From: Methanotrichaceae archaeon | GTDB taxonomy: Archaea > Halobacteriota > Methanosarcinia > Methanotrichales > Methanotrichaceae | DNA length: 64,000 nt | Assembly (NCBI GenBank): GCA_963803145.1 | Contig: CAWDLW010000015.1 | Span: 32,001 to 96,000 of the forward strand | Reading direction: 5' to 3' | In this document: positions 1 to 11,623 of the stretch, one piece after another | Position numbering within the stretch: position 1 is the stretch's first letter | Layout of the letters: each line of letters begins with the position of its first letter | The notes under the pieces: model-generated | Seen by the model: only the letters and a program-made list of their open reading frames with translations | Told to the model about the DNA's origin: nothing | The model's database searches: none | Program-made: the position numbers and the translations under genes

Positions 1-363
1 ATTCAGCTTGGCATTATCTATGCCCTTCTTGATAGCCGCTCCGACCTGGACGTCCTTACCCTCGCCGAGTCCAATGTAACCATCTTTGTTGCCTACGATC
101 ACTGTGGTTCTGAACTTGACCCTTCTTCCTGAGTCGGTCATCCGCTGCACCATGTTGATGTCCAGAACCTCATCTTCCAGTCCCGGAACGAGCGCATCGA
201 TAAGCCCGGATTCCTTTACAGGCAGCCCTGATTTAATTGCCTCGTCAAAGGTTGTCACCTGGCCGTCATATACGAGCTTGCCAAGTCTAGTCTTGGGGAC
301 CCATTCCGCTTGGTAATAATCACGCTTCTGCTTCTGCTTATCTCTCTGTCCTCTCTGAACCAT
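1..363 (-). CDS. rps5: 30S ribosomal protein S5 (uS5), runs off window start
   Basis: Manual translation from ATG at 363: [31 protein letters not shown]...[22 protein letters not shown]; follows rpl18 as in the spc operon. Confidence 0.95.
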   Translation of the reverse strand, partial: MVQRGQRDKQKQKRDYYQAEWVPKTRLGKLVYDGQVTTFDEAIKSGLPVKESGLIDALVPGLEDEVLDINMVQRMTDSGRRVKFRTTVIVGNKDGYIGLGEGKDVQVGAAIKKGIDNAKLN

Positions 364-367
364 GGTC

Positions 368-877
368 TCACCCCAATATTTTCTCCTTGGCGGCCTCGAA
401 TTGGGCCACGATGTCCTTCTTTGTATACTCTTTTATATGTTCGCCACGAATCCTGTCATCTTCCGGGAATATCTCTGGGCTATGGGGCAGATCTATTCCG
501 GCATCCACGACGCCCTTGATGGCCGCATAGACCCTTCCTCCTTTTGTGGATGAGTGAAGGCCAATGTCCGCCACACCAACGCTTTGTCCCATGGCCAGCA
601 TCTTCTTTCCGAAGAGAAGGCCTGTGAGGTATGCTGCCGGCAGGTTGCCTGTTGCAAAGGTATATCCGAAGTCCTTAAGCTCCATGGAGTTTACAGTCAG
701 AAGTGTCTTGTCGCCCAAAGCTTCAGCGATCACAAGCTGAATCATTGTATTAGCGTTACTTTTCCTGACCACTACTCTAGGTTTCTTTGATAGTATAAGT
801 TTGTATCTTACGTGATAATTGGTTCTGCCCTCTCTCCGTCTTCTGAAGGGCACTTTGTATCTAGGTCCGGTTGCCAA
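368..877 (-). CDS. rpl18: 50S ribosomal protein L18 (uL18)
   Basis: [20 protein letters not shown] motif; probable TTG start at 877. Confidence 0.96.
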   Translation of the reverse strand: MATGPRYKVPFRRRREGRTNYHVRYKLILSKKPRVVVRKSNANTMIQLVIAEALGDKTLLTVNSMELKDFGYTFATGNLPAAYLTGLLFGKKMLAMGQSVGVADIGLHSSTKGGRVYAAIKGVVDAGIDLPHSPEIFPEDDRIRGEHIKEYTKKDIVAQFEAAKEKILG

Positions 878-878
878 A

Positions 879-1340
879 TTATTCACCTCTGGCTAACCCT
901 TTAGTCTTGATATAGGCATTGAGATGCGCCGTGCTTCTGTATTCTCCGCCCTTGGACTTTCGATAAAGCATCCTGTAGGTATGCCTATCGATTTGATCAG
1001 TTTCGCGAAGCTCAGTGAGCCTCTTCCGCAAAGCGCGAATTTTAGCCATCCACTGCTCTTTGCGCGGAGATCGTGCTCCCTTGGCTCCTTTCCGATGACC
1101 ATACCCTTTTCTATGGCCATAGGCGCGTGCTTCTGCACGCGCTCTGAAGCGTGCTCGACTGTTGCCCTTCTTTGGCTTGGATTTTATGTTTCCAGTCTCG
1201 ATCTGGGCGCGAATATCTTCTCTGGTTATAGCATCAGCTATATCGCCTGCTGCCTCTGAATCAGGATTGATCCAGACACGGCTTTCGCCTACATTCAGCT
1301 CAGATGCTGCAAGCCTTCGCTGTGTAGTGAAGTCTGACAT
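879..1340 (-). CDS. rpl19e: 50S ribosomal protein L19e
   Basis: [36 protein letters not shown] motifs. Confidence 0.96.
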   Translation of the reverse strand: MSDFTTQRRLAASELNVGESRVWINPDSEAAGDIADAITREDIRAQIETGNIKSKPKKGNSRARFRARAEARAYGHRKGYGHRKGAKGARSPRKEQWMAKIRALRKRLTELRETDQIDRHTYRMLYRKSKGGEYRSTAHLNAYIKTKGLARGE

Positions 1341-1341
1341 C

Positions 1342-1716
1342 TCAGGCACCTACCTTGGGATTCAAAATCTTCAGGCTCATCTCTGTGGCCTTAGCCTGTA
1401 TTTCCAGGCGCTTCTTCATTCCAACTGCCGAGGATATGCGAACCGCATAGCCCTGGGCGTTCTCTAAATCGTGGATATTGCTTACCAATATTTCCCTAAA
1501 GCCAGAAGGATGAAACCCTCGTACAGACTTTGGGCTTCCATATCCCGGCCGAACGAGCCTGCCCTTGGCAGCAATCCCCGATCTAAGTTTATTGTGTAGG
1601 CCCACTGGCTTACGCCAGCTTATGGGGAGCCTCTTCTTCTTATGTGAATCATGACGGTTGAAATCAGGCTTCTTTGCCTTCTGTCTAGCCCTGATCTTCA
1701 GCAACTTATCTGCCAC
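1342..1716 (-). CDS. rpl32e: 50S ribosomal protein L32e
   Basis: KKPDFNRHDSHKKKRL..SWRKPVG, GFHPSG motifs; GTG start after GGTGA SD. Confidence 0.95.
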   Translation of the reverse strand: MADKLLKIRARQKAKKPDFNRHDSHKKKRLPISWRKPVGLHNKLRSGIAAKGRLVRPGYGSPKSVRGFHPSGFREILVSNIHDLENAQGYAVRISSAVGMKKRLEIQAKATEMSLKILNPKVGA

Positions 1717-1727
1717 TGATATCACCT

Positions 1728-2258
1728 TCACCTTTTCTCCACCAGGTATACACCGTCTTGGAATACCCGGATATCGAACCCACGCACTCTCGTCGCCTGC
1801 TCAATGTTGGCCATGGTCTGGCCGACATTCTCTTTATTGATTCCAGTGATCACTAGCTCATCCTTATTGATCTCGACTTTGACTCCGTCCAGGATTTTTG
1901 CTGATCGAGCATTTCTCTCGCCAAGGAAGTTGTTTATAGCAACCACTCCAGGATTCGCTTTGATCTGTATTGGGAAGTGCGAATAGACTGCTTTCATCCT
2001 GTACTCATAACCCTTCGTGACACCTAAGACCATGTTTTTGATATGTGCCTCAAGGGTTCCCACCATTGCCCTCTGCTGCTTCCTATCGACACTGGAATTC
2101 ACTATCAGGCTGGAATCAACTTTTTTAATCTCTATATGCGGATAATAGAGCCTTCTGGAGATCTGTCCCTTTGGGCCCTTCACAGTCACAGTATAGCGAT
2201 CAATGGCGATATCCACACCTTCAGGGATCTCTATCTCTCGTGCTATCTCTTTAACCAT
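1728..2258 (-). CDS. rpl6: 50S ribosomal protein L6 (uL6)
   Basis: IEIPEGV..VKGPKG, YSHFPI, NFLGER, DIRVFQDGVY; true start MVKEIA at 2258. Confidence 0.96.
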   Translation of the reverse strand: MVKEIAREIEIPEGVDIAIDRYTVTVKGPKGQISRRLYYPHIEIKKVDSSLIVNSSVDRKQQRAMVGTLEAHIKNMVLGVTKGYEYRMKAVYSHFPIQIKANPGVVAINNFLGERNARSAKILDGVKVEINKDELVITGINKENVGQTMANIEQATRVRGFDIRVFQDGVYLVEKR

Positions 2259-2266
2259 GAGACCAC

Positions 2267-2656
2267 CTAATAAACATAGGCTAGCAACTGCCCGCCAAGT
2301 GATTGAGACCTGGCATCGGTATGGGCCATGACGCCCTTGTTGGTGCTCAGTATCAGCAGGCCGAAGTTTCTGGCCGGAAGATATCGCTTCTCCCATTTCT
2401 CTAACTCAGTCACCTTGGTGGCGAACCTTGGCTTTATAACGCCGCATCGGTTGATCCTGCCAAGTAGCTTTACCTTGAACATCCCCGACTTTCCGTCATC
2501 TATGAACTCAAACTCGCCGATATATCCTCTGTCGGCTATCACTTTCAGAGTTCTGCCAACTAGCTTGGAGGCCGGGTGAATAATACATTCGGGCTTGCCT
2601 ACGCTCTCTGCGTTCTTTATCACAGACATAGCATCGGCCAGCGGATCCAATAACAA
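2267..2656 (-). CDS. rps8: 30S ribosomal protein S8 (uS8)
   Basis: [36 protein letters not shown]. Confidence 0.96.
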   Translation of the reverse strand: MLLDPLADAMSVIKNAESVGKPECIIHPASKLVGRTLKVIADRGYIGEFEFIDDGKSGMFKVKLLGRINRCGVIKPRFATKVTELEKWEKRYLPARNFGLLILSTNKGVMAHTDARSQSLGGQLLAYVY

Positions 2657-2665
2657 TTTGATCAC

Positions 2666-2818
2666 CTACGAATATTTCTCGAAGCCCATCTCAGGGGCGA
2701 CCTCTCTAAAGCACTGCCTGCAGAGGTATATTCCATACTTTCTGACAAGTCCGTTTCTACGGCCACAGCGTTTGCAGCTATTTGCGCCCCTTCCAAAGAT
2801 CTTCTTGCCTTTCTTCAT
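2666..2818 (-). CDS. rps14: 30S ribosomal protein S14 (zinc-binding uS14), 50 aa, below ORF-track cutoff
   Basis: Manual translation [50 protein letters not shown]; between rpl5 and rps8. Confidence 0.95.
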   Translation of the reverse strand: MKKGKKIFGRGANSCKRCGRRNGLVRKYGIYLCRQCFREVAPEMGFEKYS

Positions 2819-3333
2819 GCTGCTGCCTCCAAGATCTCTACGCCAAACTTCTTATGAACAAATTCCATTGTATCAGCTTTGTTGAGCCTTTGTCTGATAG
2901 GAAGCTTCTTCTGGGCGACACGTCTTCTGGCAATCCTGTAGCCTGCCCTCTTCATGGCGACAGATACATCCATTCCAAAGATGCCTATCTCAGGATCGTA
3001 CCTCATCCCTGGGAAGTCCGTATGCTCCTCTATCCCAAAAGAGAAGTTTCCCTGCTCATCGAACTGGCCCTTTTTCAGGCTGCTTCCTGCGGCCTTCAAG
3101 GCTATGGACAGGAAATCCTCAGCGGCCTTTCCGCGAAGCGTGAGCTTTGCACCTATTGGCTCATTCTTCTTTATCCCGAAGTTGGGAAGGGTCTTTTTGG
3201 CGATCGAACGAACTGGCGATTGGTGAGTTATCTGCTTGAGAATTGTCTCAGCATTGACGAGCCTCTGGCCGCTTTCTCCGACACCAACATGGACTACCAC
3301 TTTGTCTATGCGGGGCTCAAGCATTACATTCAT
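2815..3333 (-). CDS. rpl5: 50S ribosomal protein L5 (uL5)
   Basis: [44 protein letters not shown]. Confidence 0.96.
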   Translation of the reverse strand: MNVMLEPRIDKVVVHVGVGESGQRLVNAETILKQITHQSPVRSIAKKTLPNFGIKKNEPIGAKLTLRGKAAEDFLSIALKAAGSSLKKGQFDEQGNFSFGIEEHTDFPGMRYDPEIGIFGMDVSVAMKRAGYRIARRRVAQKKLPIRQRLNKADTMEFVHKKFGVEILEAAA

Positions 3334-4040
3334 CTAATTGCCCCCAGCTTTATCATAGGCTCATCCCTGCCGATCATGTAGACATAATCGGTAATCGTCT
3401 CGAACTCCTTCTCTTTATCCCCTGTTATTACAATTCTATTGGGTTGGGAGCTCTTCATGATTATGATATTCTTGATCTTTCCGATCTGGCCTGTATGCTT
3501 TCCGCCGATAACCATTGCAGTATTTCCGACTTTGAACTCGATTCTTTCCTCGATGTTTCTATCAGGTATGGATAGAATCAATGAATCGCTTCCCTTGAAC
3601 TCGCCCTCGGCAAGCTTATTTGATCCATCGGATAGATTGAGCTGCTGCTTATTTCCCTTCAGCATGGTCTTGTCTACGATCTTAACCAGCTTCTTAGCAT
3701 CGCCTTGCTCGATGGGGCTTAGGTAGAACATGCCTCGGGTATCCTTCAGTGCTCTATACTGCTGGTTTAGCAGTGGAACGGAGATGATATCGAACATGCC
3801 GATGGGCAGCTTATAGTCCTTCTTTACATTTCCGTCTACCAGCAACTTGCCCTCATAAAGGATCCTCTTAGCCTCACGTGCATTATCGGCAAGCTTGAGC
3901 ATATCCCTAATAACAGTCAGGAGGGGGATGCTATTCTCGGCCGAATGTGGACCGGGGCTGCTTTTTGCCACCCACTGATGATTCTTCCTGTGTATCGGCC
4001 AGCTTCTTGGAACCGTTATTCTCTTCTGATGCCTGCTCAT
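3330..4040 (-). CDS. rps4e: 30S ribosomal protein S4e
   Basis: [28 protein letters not shown] motifs. Confidence 0.96.
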   Translation of the reverse strand: MSRHQKRITVPRSWPIHRKNHQWVAKSSPGPHSAENSIPLLTVIRDMLKLADNAREAKRILYEGKLLVDGNVKKDYKLPIGMFDIISVPLLNQQYRALKDTRGMFYLSPIEQGDAKKLVKIVDKTMLKGNKQQLNLSDGSNKLAEGEFKGSDSLILSIPDRNIEERIEFKVGNTAMVIGGKHTGQIGKIKNIIIMKSSQPNRIVITGDKEKEFETITDYVYMIGRDEPMIKLGAIR

Positions 4041-4396
4041 TGCGATCGCCTCGCAAAGATCTTTTCCCGCTCCTCGTCTTCCAGGTCCAGTTTCGTTATC
4101 ACCACATTGGAGGGATGTATTGGCCTTGGAACCTCTGTACCGTCTGCGCGGAAGTTGCTCACTCCGTGGACCTTAATGGTGCACTTTTTCAGGCTTACTT
4201 CCTCTACTTCGCCCTCAGTGCCCGCATTGTCTCCGCGTAGCACCTTGACTGTATCGCCCTTGCGCACCTGAGCGTTCCTTTTCTTGAGCTCCTCACGTAA
4301 GTCTTTGCTCAGGGGAGCGCGCATATACTTCTGCCTAAGATGCAGAGGTGCATTATATCGCTCTTTACGCTGTTTGCGTGGCTGTTTACTATTCAT
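4037..4396 (-). CDS. rpl24: 50S ribosomal protein L24 (uL24)
   Basis: [35 protein letters not shown]. Confidence 0.96.
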   Translation of the reverse strand: MNSKQPRKQRKERYNAPLHLRQKYMRAPLSKDLREELKKRNAQVRKGDTVKVLRGDNAGTEGEVEEVSLKKCTIKVHGVSNFRADGTEVPRPIHPSNVVITKLDLEDEEREKIFARRSQ

Positions 4397-4404
4397 AATA
4401 ATCA

Positions 4405-4803
4405 TCACACTATCATGGATGCCGCAGATGCAATCTTTCCAAAGCGCTCAGCCACCTCACGAGCCACAGGTCCCTTAACCTCAGAGCCTTTGGGCACACC
4501 ATCATCATCTACAATAACTGCGGCGTTATCCTCAAAGCTCACCCTTAGGCCATCGGGTCTTCTGAACTCCTTCTTCTGGCGGATGATCACTGCCTTGAAC
4601 ATCTGCTTGCGCATCTCTGGGGTTCCTTTCTTCACAGATACTACTACCATATCTCCGATTCCCGCACAGGGCATTCGGTTCTTTGCGCCGCGGTATTTTG
4701 TTACCGCTATGACGAATAGCGTTCGCGCACCTGTATTGTCAACGCAGTCCAGGTATGCGCCAGTGTTGATCGCCCTTGGAATCTTGGCCTTATGTCCTTT
4801 CAT
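4405..4803 (-). CDS. rpl14: 50S ribosomal protein L14 (uL14)
   Basis: [29 protein letters not shown]. Confidence 0.97.
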   Translation of the reverse strand: MKGHKAKIPRAINTGAYLDCVDNTGARTLFVIAVTKYRGAKNRMPCAGIGDMVVVSVKKGTPEMRKQMFKAVIIRQKKEFRRPDGLRVSFEDNAAVIVDDDGVPKGSEVKGPVAREVAERFGKIASAASMIV

Positions 4804-5120
4804 CTCAGCACCTCTACCACAACGTAGGCTTTGGTCTTGCTGAGAGGCCTACACTCCGCTATTTTGACCTGATCCCCCGCTTTAGCGTCTATACATGGCG
4901 GGTTATGTGCGTGAATCTTGGATCTTCTCTTTTCAAATCGCTCAAACTTTGTATCTTTCTTCTCGAACTCGCGTAATACCACCACGGTGCTCTCCATCTT
5001 ATCGCTGACCACTTTGCAATCGAAGACCTGGCCGCGGACAGGGAGGCTGCCATGGAAGGGACAATTCGGGTCGTTGCAGGCCTTCTCCGGCGCTTTCACG
5101 TCCAGTCCGATATCCCTCAT
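4800..5120 (-). CDS. rps17: 30S ribosomal protein S17 (uS17)
   Basis: [26 protein letters not shown]. Confidence 0.96.
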   Translation of the reverse strand: MRDIGLDVKAPEKACNDPNCPFHGSLPVRGQVFDCKVVSDKMESTVVVLREFEKKDTKFERFEKRRSKIHAHNPPCIDAKAGDQVKIAECRPLSKTKAYVVVEVLR

Positions 5121-5410
5121 AACTTCCACCTCGTTCTCTGAATTCTCTTGTTTATTCTGTTCTCAGGCTGTGAGATCAAGATCGAGCCCATGATCTTCAA
5201 CCTCTGCCCCTCGGGCAAGTCGAAGATCAAGCTCGTGTTCTTCTTAGGGATGCGCTTGATGCCTTGCATAGTCTCCAAAAGGAACATGTTCCTGGTCTCA
5301 TCCACAATGCAGCCGGAGAGGCCAGCCTGGCCTGGATCCGTGCTATCTGCCACAGTAACCCTAAAGCCAATTAGCTCGTGCCTTGCTATATTCTCCGGAT
5401 TTAAGCTCAC
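5117..5410 (-). CDS. rnp1: Ribonuclease P protein component 1 (Rpp29/Pop4)
   Basis: HELIG..V, G.IVDETRN, PENR motifs; canonical position between rpl29 and rps17. Confidence 0.92.
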   Translation of the reverse strand: MSLNPENIARHELIGFRVTVADSTDPGQAGLSGCIVDETRNMFLLETMQGIKRIPKKNTSLIFDLPEGQRLKIMGSILISQPENRINKRIQRTRWKL

Positions 5411-5607
5411 TTTTTGCGCTCCGTCTGGACAGTTTTAATCCTGGCAATCGTCCTCCGAATATCCTTGATCCTTCCAGGCTTCTCGGGCGCACCACCTGCT
5501 ACGACTATGCCTCTCTCCCGGATAAGATCGGTCTCTAGCTTGCGGAGTTCCTCGGCAACCTCTTCCTCACTCATATTCCTGATTTCATCGATCCTGAATA
5601 TCGCCAT
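5407..5607 (-). CDS. rpl29: 50S ribosomal protein L29 (uL29)
   Basis: [22 protein letters not shown]. Confidence 0.95.
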   Translation of the reverse strand: MAIFRIDEIRNMSEEEVAEELRKLETDLIRERGIVVAGGAPEKPGRIKDIRRTIARIKTVQTERKK

Positions 5608-5613
5608 TTAAGA

Positions 5614-6453
5614 TCACTCCGCGGGTTTGCTCTCTTCCGGCTCTTCGGAGGGAGTTGATTCTGGTGCTGTCTCTTCTGCCTTCGGAGGCTCCTCAACGGT
5701 TGCACTCTCTGTAGAGGGTTCCGCTTCCAAAAGCTGGTCGAGCTCGCTCTTCTTCTCAGGCACAGCTGTAGCAGGTGCTGGCACAGTCTCAGGTACAGTT
5801 GCGGGTGCTATTGGAGCCGCAATCTCTGCTGGCTTCTCCAGTAACTCAGGCGGTGCCTGGGGCGGTACGATCTGGAACTGATCCGGCGGCCTTGTATCAG
5901 GGGGTATTATCCTAACTTGGCACCCGATCACACCCAGCTTTTTGATGGCAATTGAATAGCCCTTATCAACGATATCATCTGCAGGTTTTCCCGAGTGTTT
6001 GATGTATCCTGCGATGAACTTTTCAGAGCGTGATCTGGGACCTGTCAGCTTGCCGCTTATTATTATCTCACAGCCTAAGGCTCCAGCATCCATAACCCTG
6101 CGGAGCATGGACTGTCCCGCCTTGCGGAAGTACCAGCCGCGCTCGAGAGAGCTTGCGAGCCTGTTGGCGACGACTTGACCATTCAGGTCTCCCTTGCCGA
6201 CGTCCTGCACATCTATCTGTGGATTATCAAGGTGGAACTTGCGATCAAGGTCTCGAGTTATCTTTCTGATCAGCTTGCCGCCTTTTCCGATAACCATTCC
6301 CGGCTTCTCTGCATAGACGGTTATTTGCGTGCCCATGGGGGTTCTGTTCATCACCATGCCACCATATCCTGCCCTCTCAAGCTCCTCTGCCAGGTACTCG
6401 TGGACAAGGGCCTTGGTGATTCCCTCCTGCACGAACTTCTTCTCGACGGCCAT
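5614..6453 (-). CDS. rps3: 30S ribosomal protein S3 (uS3) with Pro/Glu-rich C-terminal tail
   Basis: KH domain [19 protein letters not shown]. Confidence 0.96.
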   Translation of the reverse strand: MAVEKKFVQEGITKALVHEYLAEELERAGYGGMVMNRTPMGTQITVYAEKPGMVIGKGGKLIRKITRDLDRKFHLDNPQIDVQDVGKGDLNGQVVANRLASSLERGWYFRKAGQSMLRRVMDAGALGCEIIISGKLTGPRSRSEKFIAGYIKHSGKPADDIVDKGYSIAIKKLGVIGCQVRIIPPDTRPPDQFQIVPPQAPPELLEKPAEIAAPIAPATVPETVPAPATAVPEKKSELDQLLEAEPSTESATVEEPPKAEETAPESTPSEEPEESKPAE

Positions 6454-6920
6454 CAGCTCTTCACCTCTGTCAGGATCAGTTCTACCGATACTGTTTCAGT
6501 ATTCTTGGGTGTGGCACGTCCCATTGCCCTCGGCATCCATCCTCGGATCGTCCTGCCTTTCAAAGCGCCAGCATGGTAGATCTTGAGATTCTCTGATTCA
6601 AGGCCCTTGTATTCTGCGTTTGCCATGGCGTTCTTGAGAACCTCGAGCACTGCTTTGGCACACTTCTGCGGATATCGACCTGCATCGGCTCCCACTAAAC
6701 CGTGCCTATGGGCAACGTTTCTCCGATATCGCCTGAATGGAACGGCCCTCTTCAAGGCGATCACATCCTCCAGAAAGGTCTCTGCGTTCTTGACGCGCAT
6801 GCCTCTCAGGCTTCTGCAGATCTCACGAGTTGCTTTGGGTGAGATGTGAAACTCCATACCCATTGCCCTTGAAGAGCGTCCTGCAGGCGTAAGCGAATAG
6901 TTTAGTCTTCCCACTTTCAC
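6453..6920 (-). CDS. rpl22: 50S ribosomal protein L22 (uL22)
   Basis: [26 protein letters not shown]. Confidence 0.96.
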   Translation of the reverse strand: MKVGRLNYSLTPAGRSSRAMGMEFHISPKATREICRSLRGMRVKNAETFLEDVIALKRAVPFRRYRRNVAHRHGLVGADAGRYPQKCAKAVLEVLKNAMANAEYKGLESENLKIYHAGALKGRTIRGWMPRAMGRATPKNTETVSVELILTEVKS

Positions 6921-6923
6921 ACC

Positions 6924-7334
6924 TCACTTCAGCGGCACATACTTGCTCGATCTAGTCGCACCAACACCGGCAGCGCCATGCTGGACTCTGCCTCTTGTGA
7001 GCGCGAACTCGCCGAGGTAATGTCCTATCATCTCAGGAATTATCTCGACCTTCTCGAATGCCTTGCCGTTATGTACCTCAACGCTTTTTCCAACCATCTC
7101 CGGGAACACAAGCATATCCCTGATATGCGTTCTGACTGACTCCTTCTTCCGTGTATCAGTCAAGAGCTTTTTATGTTCCTTGGATAATCCTCTTTTTATC
7201 GTTCTGCGCTGCCGTGCCGGAAGCAACTCGGCAAGCTCCTCTATGCTCAGCTTTGAGAGGTCGGATACCTTCCGGCCTCTGTATAAGAACTCTTCCTTCC
7301 TCTTCGGAAGCTTGGATCCTGATTTCTTAGCCAA
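6924..7334 (-). CDS. rps19: 30S ribosomal protein S19 (uS19)
   Basis: [37 protein letters not shown]. Confidence 0.96.
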   Translation of the reverse strand: MAKKSGSKLPKRKEEFLYRGRKVSDLSKLSIEELAELLPARQRRTIKRGLSKEHKKLLTDTRKKESVRTHIRDMLVFPEMVGKSVEVHNGKAFEKVEIIPEMIGHYLGEFALTRGRVQHGAAGVGATRSSKYVPLK

Positions 7335-7343
7335 ACTTACCAC

Positions 7344-8057
7344 CTAGCGCTTGCCGGTTCTCCTCGCGGCTATCGATCCTACCTTTCGCCCTGGGGGCGT
7401 GTTCCTGCTGCAGGTCTTTGGCCTGCCGGGGTGCTGACGCCCGCCGCCACCGAAGGGATGGTCTACGGCGTTCATTGCAACACCTCTGACTATGGGCCAC
7501 TTCTTGGCCTTGGATTGGAACTTGAAGAAGCTCTTCCCTGCCTTGACTAAGGGCTTATCAAGCCTTCCGCCTCCCGATACAACGCCTATTGTAGCTAGGC
7601 ATTTGGGGTTGAGCCATTTCATTTCTCCGCTAGGGAGCTGAACAACTGTGGCTCTGGCGTCGTGTGCCACAAGAATTGCACACACACCTGATGATCGAGC
7701 GAACTGGCCGCCATGTCCAGGCTGCGACTCGACGTTGCAGATCGGCACACCCTCAGGAATCTCAGCAAGAGGCAAAGTATTGCCAGGCTCGATTGGAGCT
7801 GATATGCCGCATGCGATCTCCTGGCCAATGTACATACCCTCTGGAACGAGGATGTACCTCTCCTCGTCATTGTCCAGAGCGACGAGGGCTACGGGCGCGC
7901 TCCTGGCAGGGTCGCGCATTATATCCAGCACAATGCCCTTGATGGTCTGCTTCTCATCAACCTTGATGTGAACGATGTCTGCTCTGTACCTGTGAGAGGG
8001 TGCCCTGTATGTGGGCGTTCCTTTTCCTCTATTCTGAGATATAAGTCGATGTCCCAT
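7344..8057 (-). CDS. rpl2: 50S ribosomal protein L2 (uL2)
   Basis: VRGVAMNAVDHPFGGG, PGRKVGSIAARRTG. Confidence 0.97.
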   Translation of the reverse strand: MGHRLISQNRGKGTPTYRAPSHRYRADIVHIKVDEKQTIKGIVLDIMRDPARSAPVALVALDNDEERYILVPEGMYIGQEIACGISAPIEPGNTLPLAEIPEGVPICNVESQPGHGGQFARSSGVCAILVAHDARATVVQLPSGEMKWLNPKCLATIGVVSGGGRLDKPLVKAGKSFFKFQSKAKKWPIVRGVAMNAVDHPFGGGGRQHPGRPKTCSRNTPPGRKVGSIAARRTGKR

Positions 8058-8066
8058 AAAACCCAC

Positions 8067-8315
8067 CTACAGCAATCCTAACCTGGTCGCAAGCTCGTTC
8101 GCACTACCCTCTTTGATCAATTTGACGACCGCCTTCTTATCACCACGGGAGGTGATCATTGTCCTGACAGAGGCGATCTGAATGTCATAAAGTTCCTCGA
8201 GGGCCTTCTTAATCTCCGGCTTTGTGGCTCTCATGTCCACAAGAAACTCGAGCGTATTCTCGGAGTCGATCATGCCGGTGACCTTCTCAGTGATATAAGG
8301 ACTTTTAATAATCAT
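8067..8315 (-). CDS. rpl23: 50S ribosomal protein L23 (uL23)
   Basis: [22 protein letters not shown]. Confidence 0.95.
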   Translation of the reverse strand: MIIKSPYITEKVTGMIDSENTLEFLVDMRATKPEIKKALEELYDIQIASVRTMITSRGDKKAVVKLIKEGSANELATRLGLL

Positions 8316-9082
8316 TTATTTGTCTCCTGGCTCTTTTCATTCAACCTCTGCAAAGATGCCTCAGTCCAGATTGTGAGCCTACCGGCCTTCGTTCCAGGAG
8401 CGAGCAGCTCTGCATTCAGCTTCTCTACAGTAACGAAATCTACGCCAGGAAGGTTTCTCGCTGCTTTCCCTATGCCTTGATCCTGGGCTGTGACTATGAG
8501 CAAGCTCTTTCTGTTCTTGTATTTCCTTCCTCTCATCTTTCCGCGGCCTGCTCGTATGTTCCTGCCGATCTTGGCTCTTTCAACATCGCTCCAAAGGCCT
8601 GCTGCAACAAGGAATTTTCTGACATCAGCAGTCTTTGTGAGAGTCTCGATATCATTCTGGGCTACCACAGGCAGCTCGCGCTCGAATCTGTGTCCCCTGG
8701 CAGCGACTAGTTCCTTGGAGGCGGTTGCTGCTATCGCAGAGCGAATAGCCTTACGCCTTTCTTTTATGTTGATCTTCTCCGACCTGTCCGCGTTCGGCTG
8801 GGGTGCATGCGATCTTCTTCCGCCCTTTGCCTGGGGTATACCTGCAGCCCTTCTTCCATTGACAACCCTCGGAACTCTGGAGACGCCATGTCCCGGTCCC
8901 CATGATCGAGCTGAGGTGTTCATTCCGGCATAGAAGTGAGGACCGTACGGCTGGAGCCTGTTGGCTTGGGCAGAGAGAACGGCCCTCTTGATCAGGTCAG
9001 GCCTGAACTCCTCCTCAAAGGTGGATGGAAGCTCGACCTCTCCGACAGTATTTCCAGATAAATCAATAACGTTTGCCTTCAT
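8312..9082 (-). CDS. rpl4: 50S ribosomal protein L4 (uL4)
   Basis: [33 protein letters not shown]. Confidence 0.96.
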   Translation of the reverse strand: MKANVIDLSGNTVGEVELPSTFEEEFRPDLIKRAVLSAQANRLQPYGPHFYAGMNTSARSWGPGHGVSRVPRVVNGRRAAGIPQAKGGRRSHAPQPNADRSEKINIKERRKAIRSAIAATASKELVAARGHRFERELPVVAQNDIETLTKTADVRKFLVAAGLWSDVERAKIGRNIRAGRGKMRGRKYKNRKSLLIVTAQDQGIGKAARNLPGVDFVTVEKLNAELLAPGTKAGRLTIWTEASLQRLNEKSQETNK

Positions 9083-10086
9083 CTCAATCCCTGTTTAGAC
9101 TCTTGGCTCACATAGAGGAACTGCGGTGCTTTCACAAAGCTTCCTCCAGGCCTGATTGCGCTTCTCATCCTGACAAGTCTCTTGATAGGCCCCGGCAGGC
9201 TTCCCTTTATCAAAACATATTGGTTTCTTACAAGGCCGTATCCAGGGAATCCCCCAGCAGGTGTAATCTCCATGCCATCTGTGCCTATAGCCATCAGACG
9301 CTTATTGACCTCAGTCCTTTGATGGTAGCCCATCTGGCCGAGCTGTGGAACTCTCCAGCTTATATGCGCCGGATGCCAGGGTCCTAGGTTGCCCACGTGG
9401 CGCTTCTTTCCTGTTCTAGCATGCTTTCTCTTGGCGATTGCAATGCCCCAGCGCCTGACCGGTCCTTGGGTACCCTTTCCCTTTGTGACTGCTGTAACAT
9501 CCAGCATATCTCCAGTTTGGAAGACACTAGTGATCGGAACCTGCTGGCCCAGGATACTCTCTGCGAACTGAATACGCTCAGATATGCTTCTGCCGGTTAT
9601 GGGCATCTCCATAAGCTCTGGCATCTTTTTTGGAATTCCTGTTACAAGGGCCGGGTTGGTGTGTGCCAGAACCCTTACATCGGCGATGTCCTCGCCCAGC
9701 GCCTGGAGATCACCAATGGAGCTTCCATGGGTCTTTTTGGGCACCGTAATGGCTCGTATTAGATCATTGGACAGATTCTCTGCCCACGACTCGCCTGCAG
9801 GGCGCAGCCCGCCATTATAATTTTCATAAACGCGTACCGCCAGTATGTTCATGGGCGGCACCTCAAGAACAGTCACAGGAACGCTGATTTCCATGCCCTC
9901 TGTGAGACTCCTAGGTCTGTCGTCTACCATCACGACGTGAGTCATGCCGGCCTTGTAGCCAGCAAAGCCTGCAACTCGTGATTTATCTCCTTCAGACCAG
10001 CATCTTATCCTGGGGACCTCGCTCTTCGCCCGTTTCCTCGGGCTGAAGGCCAGCGAACCTCGTCTAGGTCGGTGTATATGTGCCAT
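9079..10086 (-). CDS. rpl3: 50S ribosomal protein L3 (uL3)
   Basis: [33 protein letters not shown]. Confidence 0.97.
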   Translation of the reverse strand: MAHIHRPRRGSLAFSPRKRAKSEVPRIRCWSEGDKSRVAGFAGYKAGMTHVVMVDDRPRSLTEGMEISVPVTVLEVPPMNILAVRVYENYNGGLRPAGESWAENLSNDLIRAITVPKKTHGSSIGDLQALGEDIADVRVLAHTNPALVTGIPKKMPELMEMPITGRSISERIQFAESILGQQVPITSVFQTGDMLDVTAVTKGKGTQGPVRRWGIAIAKRKHARTGKKRHVGNLGPWHPAHISWRVPQLGQMGYHQRTEVNKRLMAIGTDGMEITPAGGFPGYGLVRNQYVLIKGSLPGPIKRLVRMRSAIRPGGSFVKAPQFLYVSQESKQGLR

Positions 10087-10926
10087 TTAGTCCTCCACGC
10101 GCACCAGGTTGAGCAGAGCTAACGTAGCGAAGACTGCCTCCTCTAACCTAACTGTCTCAGTTCCCTGATGCGGAATGGTGTTAATCATGCAATACTCATC
10201 CATTGCTTCTTTGCTCAAGAACGCTTCAACGCCTCGTGCGGGGGAGCCGAATACCACTGCAAGATCACGCTTCTGGCCTATTTCTCCACCGATCTTCTGT
10301 AGGATCTCCGGAGTCAGGAGCGGTCCCTTTCTGGAGGTGAGCAGCACTAAGGCCGCCATTGGTTTAAGGCAGTCCTCTAGGCTCTTCACTATCTCTGTTT
10401 CGTACCCCCAGTACTGAGGGATATCCTTCAGATCTACAGGCTCAGCGGCGAGGGGTTTCAGCGAAAAGATCCTGATGTTCAGGCGCTGCCCTACCGTATA
10501 ATTCTTCTTCGTCCGGAGGGGAATTGGGCGATCGACACCGATTTCCACCCATACGCCTTTATCAGATCCGACGCCTTCGACGACTGCTCCGACTCTGTAC
10601 TCGCCGACTTTGAGCGCTGACGTCTTTGAGTCAACGGGATGATGAGGTGTGCGGAGCGGCGGCAGTATTCCAACATGTCTCAGCTCCTCCCTTCTAGGGA
10701 TGAGTAGCTTCCGCAGGTACTGCGGCGTATCCATGTACTGCAGCACCATGCTTATGAACCTGGAATCATCGAATTCGGGATCCTTATAGATGATGATCCT
10801 GTTCATGCGGAAAACTGCGGCTGCCCTTGCGATGAGGCCGACCTTGAATGTGCGTATATGTATGTCCCGCGTCTCCATGGTTAGGGAGGATGGGATAAGG
10901 AGGGCCCTTTCGCTGCGACCTGTCAT
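10087..10926 (-). CDS. SPOUT-class RNA methyltransferase (DUF171/MTH1 family)
   Basis: IARAAAVF, TPQYLRK, LPPLRTPHH, FGSP, NTIPHQGTETVRLEEA; usual position upstream of rpl3. Confidence 0.9.
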   Translation of the reverse strand: MTGRSERALLIPSSLTMETRDIHIRTFKVGLIARAAAVFRMNRIIIYKDPEFDDSRFISMVLQYMDTPQYLRKLLIPRREELRHVGILPPLRTPHHPVDSKTSALKVGEYRVGAVVEGVGSDKGVWVEIGVDRPIPLRTKKNYTVGQRLNIRIFSLKPLAAEPVDLKDIPQYWGYETEIVKSLEDCLKPMAALVLLTSRKGPLLTPEILQKIGGEIGQKRDLAVVFGSPARGVEAFLSKEAMDEYCMINTIPHQGTETVRLEEAVFATLALLNLVRVED

Positions 10927-10949
10927 CAGATGTCCAATTTGAAAGGAAA

Positions 10950-10968
10950 TTACCTATATAAAAAGGTT
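10950..10968 (-). promoter_or_regulatory. Putative TATA box of the ribosomal protein operon
   Basis: TTTTTATATA on the minus strand about 30 nt upstream of the methyltransferase ATG. Confidence 0.55.
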
Positions 10969-11056
10969 TGTAACCTGGAACGATTAGGACAGTCAATAAT
11001 CCAATTTGTTAGCTGCGCCTTTTATCAATCGTTTCCATCCTATCCAACCGTTTCAA

Positions 11057-11623
11057 TTACGGTTCCCTCAACGGCTCAAATGTCCTCGGGTCCAGAGAGA
11101 TCTTATTTTGGCAATAGCTGCAGATGGTTTCAAGGTATGAGCCATTTCTCAGAGCATCATCCACCTCATCCTGTGGCGTGAGATACTGCGTCATCTCCTC
11201 ACAGCACTTGGGACAGGAGACCTTCAACCATTCGAGCGTGCTCAGGTCTCTTATAGTCTTTATCAGAAGACCGATCGCATCCTTATAATCGCTAGGGTTG
11301 AAGCTTATAGGCCTTAAGTGTTCTATTAAAAATGGTAACTTTGTGTTCTTCTCCAGCAGCGGAATGATCAAGAGATCTATCCCCTTAGCAAAGCCGATCT
11401 CCTGGTTGATTGTCGTGGATCTGCAGCCATCTTCGGTTAGCAGTGGAACAAGACATTCAGAGTTACGTATGCCGAAGGAGGCGCGCTCTGCATGAGATAT
11501 TCCCGGGCAGATGTTATTCATGTTTACATAGCTCTCCAAGCCAACTCTCCAGAGGGCCTGTGAAAGCTCAAGCGCCATTCCTTCATCACGCTCGCTGTGA
11601 GAAATATATATCCTCGTGATCAT
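11057..11623 (-). CDS. TIR-domain protein with C-terminal zinc ribbon
   Basis: YISHSERD (TIR betaA), INQEIGFA with the conserved Glu, IIPL; C-terminal CPKC...CSYC. Confidence 0.8.
   Translation of the reverse strand: MITRIYISHSERDEGMALELSQALWRVGLESYVNMNNICPGISHAERASFGIRNSECLVPLLTEDGCRSTTINQEIGFAKGIDLLIIPLLEKNTKLPFLIEHLRPISFNPSDYKDAIGLLIKTIRDLSTLEWLKVSCPKCCEEMTQYLTPQDEVDDALRNGSYLETICSYCQNKISLDPRTFEPLREP

Noticed and set aside
86-10417. Many plus-strand ORFs over the ribosomal operon
   Set aside because: Antisense shadows of well-conserved minus-strand genes, with no recognisable motifs.
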